Shown: positions 63,048 to 64,000 of the stretch, in pieces
Layout of the letters: every line of letters starts with the position of its first letter
Numbering within the stretch: the stretch's first letter is position 1
From: a virus
DNA length: 64,000 bases
Virus record (IMG/VR): IMGVR_UViG_3300005805_009577
Location: 32,001-96,000 of that record
Strand: one strand, 5' to 3'
Notes under the pieces: generated by a model
What the model was told of the DNA's origin: nothing
The model's database searches: none
Seen by the model: the letters and a program-made list of their open reading frames with translations, nothing else
Translations under genes and position numbers: made by a program

Positions 63048-63407
63048 ATGAATTTTAACAAATTAAATAAAATAATTTCCGAAGACAAAACGTGGAAATT
63101 AGAAGAAGAAATGGCACCTAGCCTTCCAATGAATGGCCAAACGAACAGTCAGATAAATAATCCTGCCCAAGATATACGGGGCAATCTAAATATTCAAATG
63201 CTGACCAAATATCTTCCTAGCCAAGATCCTGTAAAGCTGAAGATTGCCATTTCTAATGTTATGAAGGGTAGCAGGCTGAACAACATACAGTTGATGTCTC
63301 TTGGAAATGCTTTTATTGATTTGTTAAAAGCCAATACCCAAGAAACTATGAAGGTCATGAATTTACTAAAAAGAGTTTCTATGGAAAATGATGGAGGACA
63401 AAATTAA
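63048..63407 (+). CDS. Hypothetical protein, candidate late/virion-internal protein
   Basis: TATAAGTA upstream; N-terminus MNFNKLNKIISED. Confidence 0.7.
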   Translation: MNFNKLNKIISEDKTWKLEEEMAPSLPMNGQTNSQINNPAQDIRGNLNIQMLTKYLPSQDPVKLKIAISNVMKGSRLNNIQLMSLGNAFIDLLKANTQETMKVMNLLKRVSMENDGGQN

Positions 63408-63408
63408 A

Positions 63409-63573
63409 ATGAAAAAGTTTAATGATTGGATGAAAGAAAAAGCTTTGGGAATGAAAAAAGAACATCCACATAAAATAGAGGAACCAGGAACAGTGAAAGA
63501 TGTTCAAGTTAAGCCTGGCACTGTGGACGGCGATAAGTCAAAGCCAGTTAAAAAAGACAAAGAAAGTCTTTAA
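63409..63573 (+). CDS. Small protein with capsid-targeting-like N-terminus
   Basis: MKKFNDWMKE; GGAGG RBS. Confidence 0.65.
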   Translation: MKKFNDWMKEKALGMKKEHPHKIEEPGTVKDVQVKPGTVDGDKSKPVKKDKESL

Positions 63574-63614
63574 TTTTTATTAGATAAAAAATATTTTTTT
63601 AATATAATAAGGTT

Positions 63615-64000
63615 ATGAAAATCAAACTAACCTTATTGCTTCTTTTTTTAGTTTTAGCTCTCGCTCTTAATGAGTACTACCAGAATAAATATAGCATAAA
63701 AAAGACTATAGAGACCGAAAAAAGCTTGTCTTTTTTAGTAGACAAAGAATTTTCCTTAATTAGAAAATCTTTAGTTCAAGGTAAATTCGAGGAAGAAATA
63801 TTAAAAATAAATAATGCCACTGTTTTAGAAAAAAAATGGAATGATTTAAATCTTTATTTAGAGAGGCCTTTAAGAAAAGACAGGTATTGGGATCTTAAAG
63901 GAAATATGATTGCTAAAATTAAAATAAATAATGATAACACAGGCAAAGAAGAAATAGAGATGAATCATAATATTGAAGTGGGAAGTTCAAATGTAAAAAT
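63615..64000 (+). CDS. Membrane-anchored/secreted protein, 3'-truncated
   Basis: MKIKLTLLLLFLVLALAL; frame open to window end. Confidence 0.7.
   Translation, partial: MKIKLTLLLLFLVLALALNEYYQNKYSIKKTIETEKSLSFLVDKEFSLIRKSLVQGKFEEEILKINNATVLEKKWNDLNLYLERPLRKDRYWDLKGNMIAKIKINNDNTGKEEIEMNHNIEVGSSNVK

Larger units (their letters stand above)
1..64000. other. Segment of a jumbo/huge tailed bacteriophage genome (accessory/auxiliary region)
   Basis: Very AT-rich, densely packed short co-oriented ORFs, phage-type tRNAs/tmRNA, HNH endonucleases, AAA/vWA pairs, Gp88-, PcfJ- and DUF5856-like proteins; no housekeeping operons. Confidence 0.9.

Noticed and set aside
1-64000. Stop-codon reassignment (TAG or TGA), as in some large phages
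   Set aside because: Known families (TilS, M32, RNA ligase, QC) are full length in the standard code, and genes end cleanly at TAG and TGA; the TAG at 5667 lies in a frameshifted remnant.
1-64000. Diversity-generating retroelement, retron, intron or IS element
   Set aside because: No reverse transcriptase, transposase, TR/VR pair or intron-split gene was seen.

Overview
A 64-kb, very AT-rich, gene-dense, mostly plus-strand segment of a large (jumbo/huge) tailed-phage genome. It is an accessory region: no capsid, terminase, polymerase, integrase, reverse transcriptase or CRISPR genes are visible. It holds about 140 CDSs, mostly short hypotheticals. RNA genes are four tRNAs (Leu-UAA, Ile2-CAU, Arg-UCU, Cys-GCA) and a tmRNA (tag GVNQLALAA). 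Recognisable genes form several themes: translation support, rescue and RNA repair (TilS beside its tRNA-Ile2 substrate, Pth2, TrmH/SpoU, RNA ligase, DEDD exonuclease, HAD phosphatases, RNase H, SpoT-like HD hydrolase); two AAA+/vWA pairs; glycan or surface modification (GT6, GT2, sulfotransferase, methyltransferase, cupin); protein-terminus enzymes (M32 carboxypeptidase, glutaminyl cyclase); MscL; and HNH endonucleases. The most striking unannotated signal is regulatory. An intergenic motif, RGTACG (extended form RGTACG-N8-RTGTYG), precedes a set of genes that almost completely avoid TTA, AGA, ATA and AAA codons. TTA, AGA and ATA are the codons read by three of the phage's own tRNAs (ATA via TilS). 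This suggests a promoter-linked, two-tier codon programme. All family calls come from recalled motifs, not database searches.
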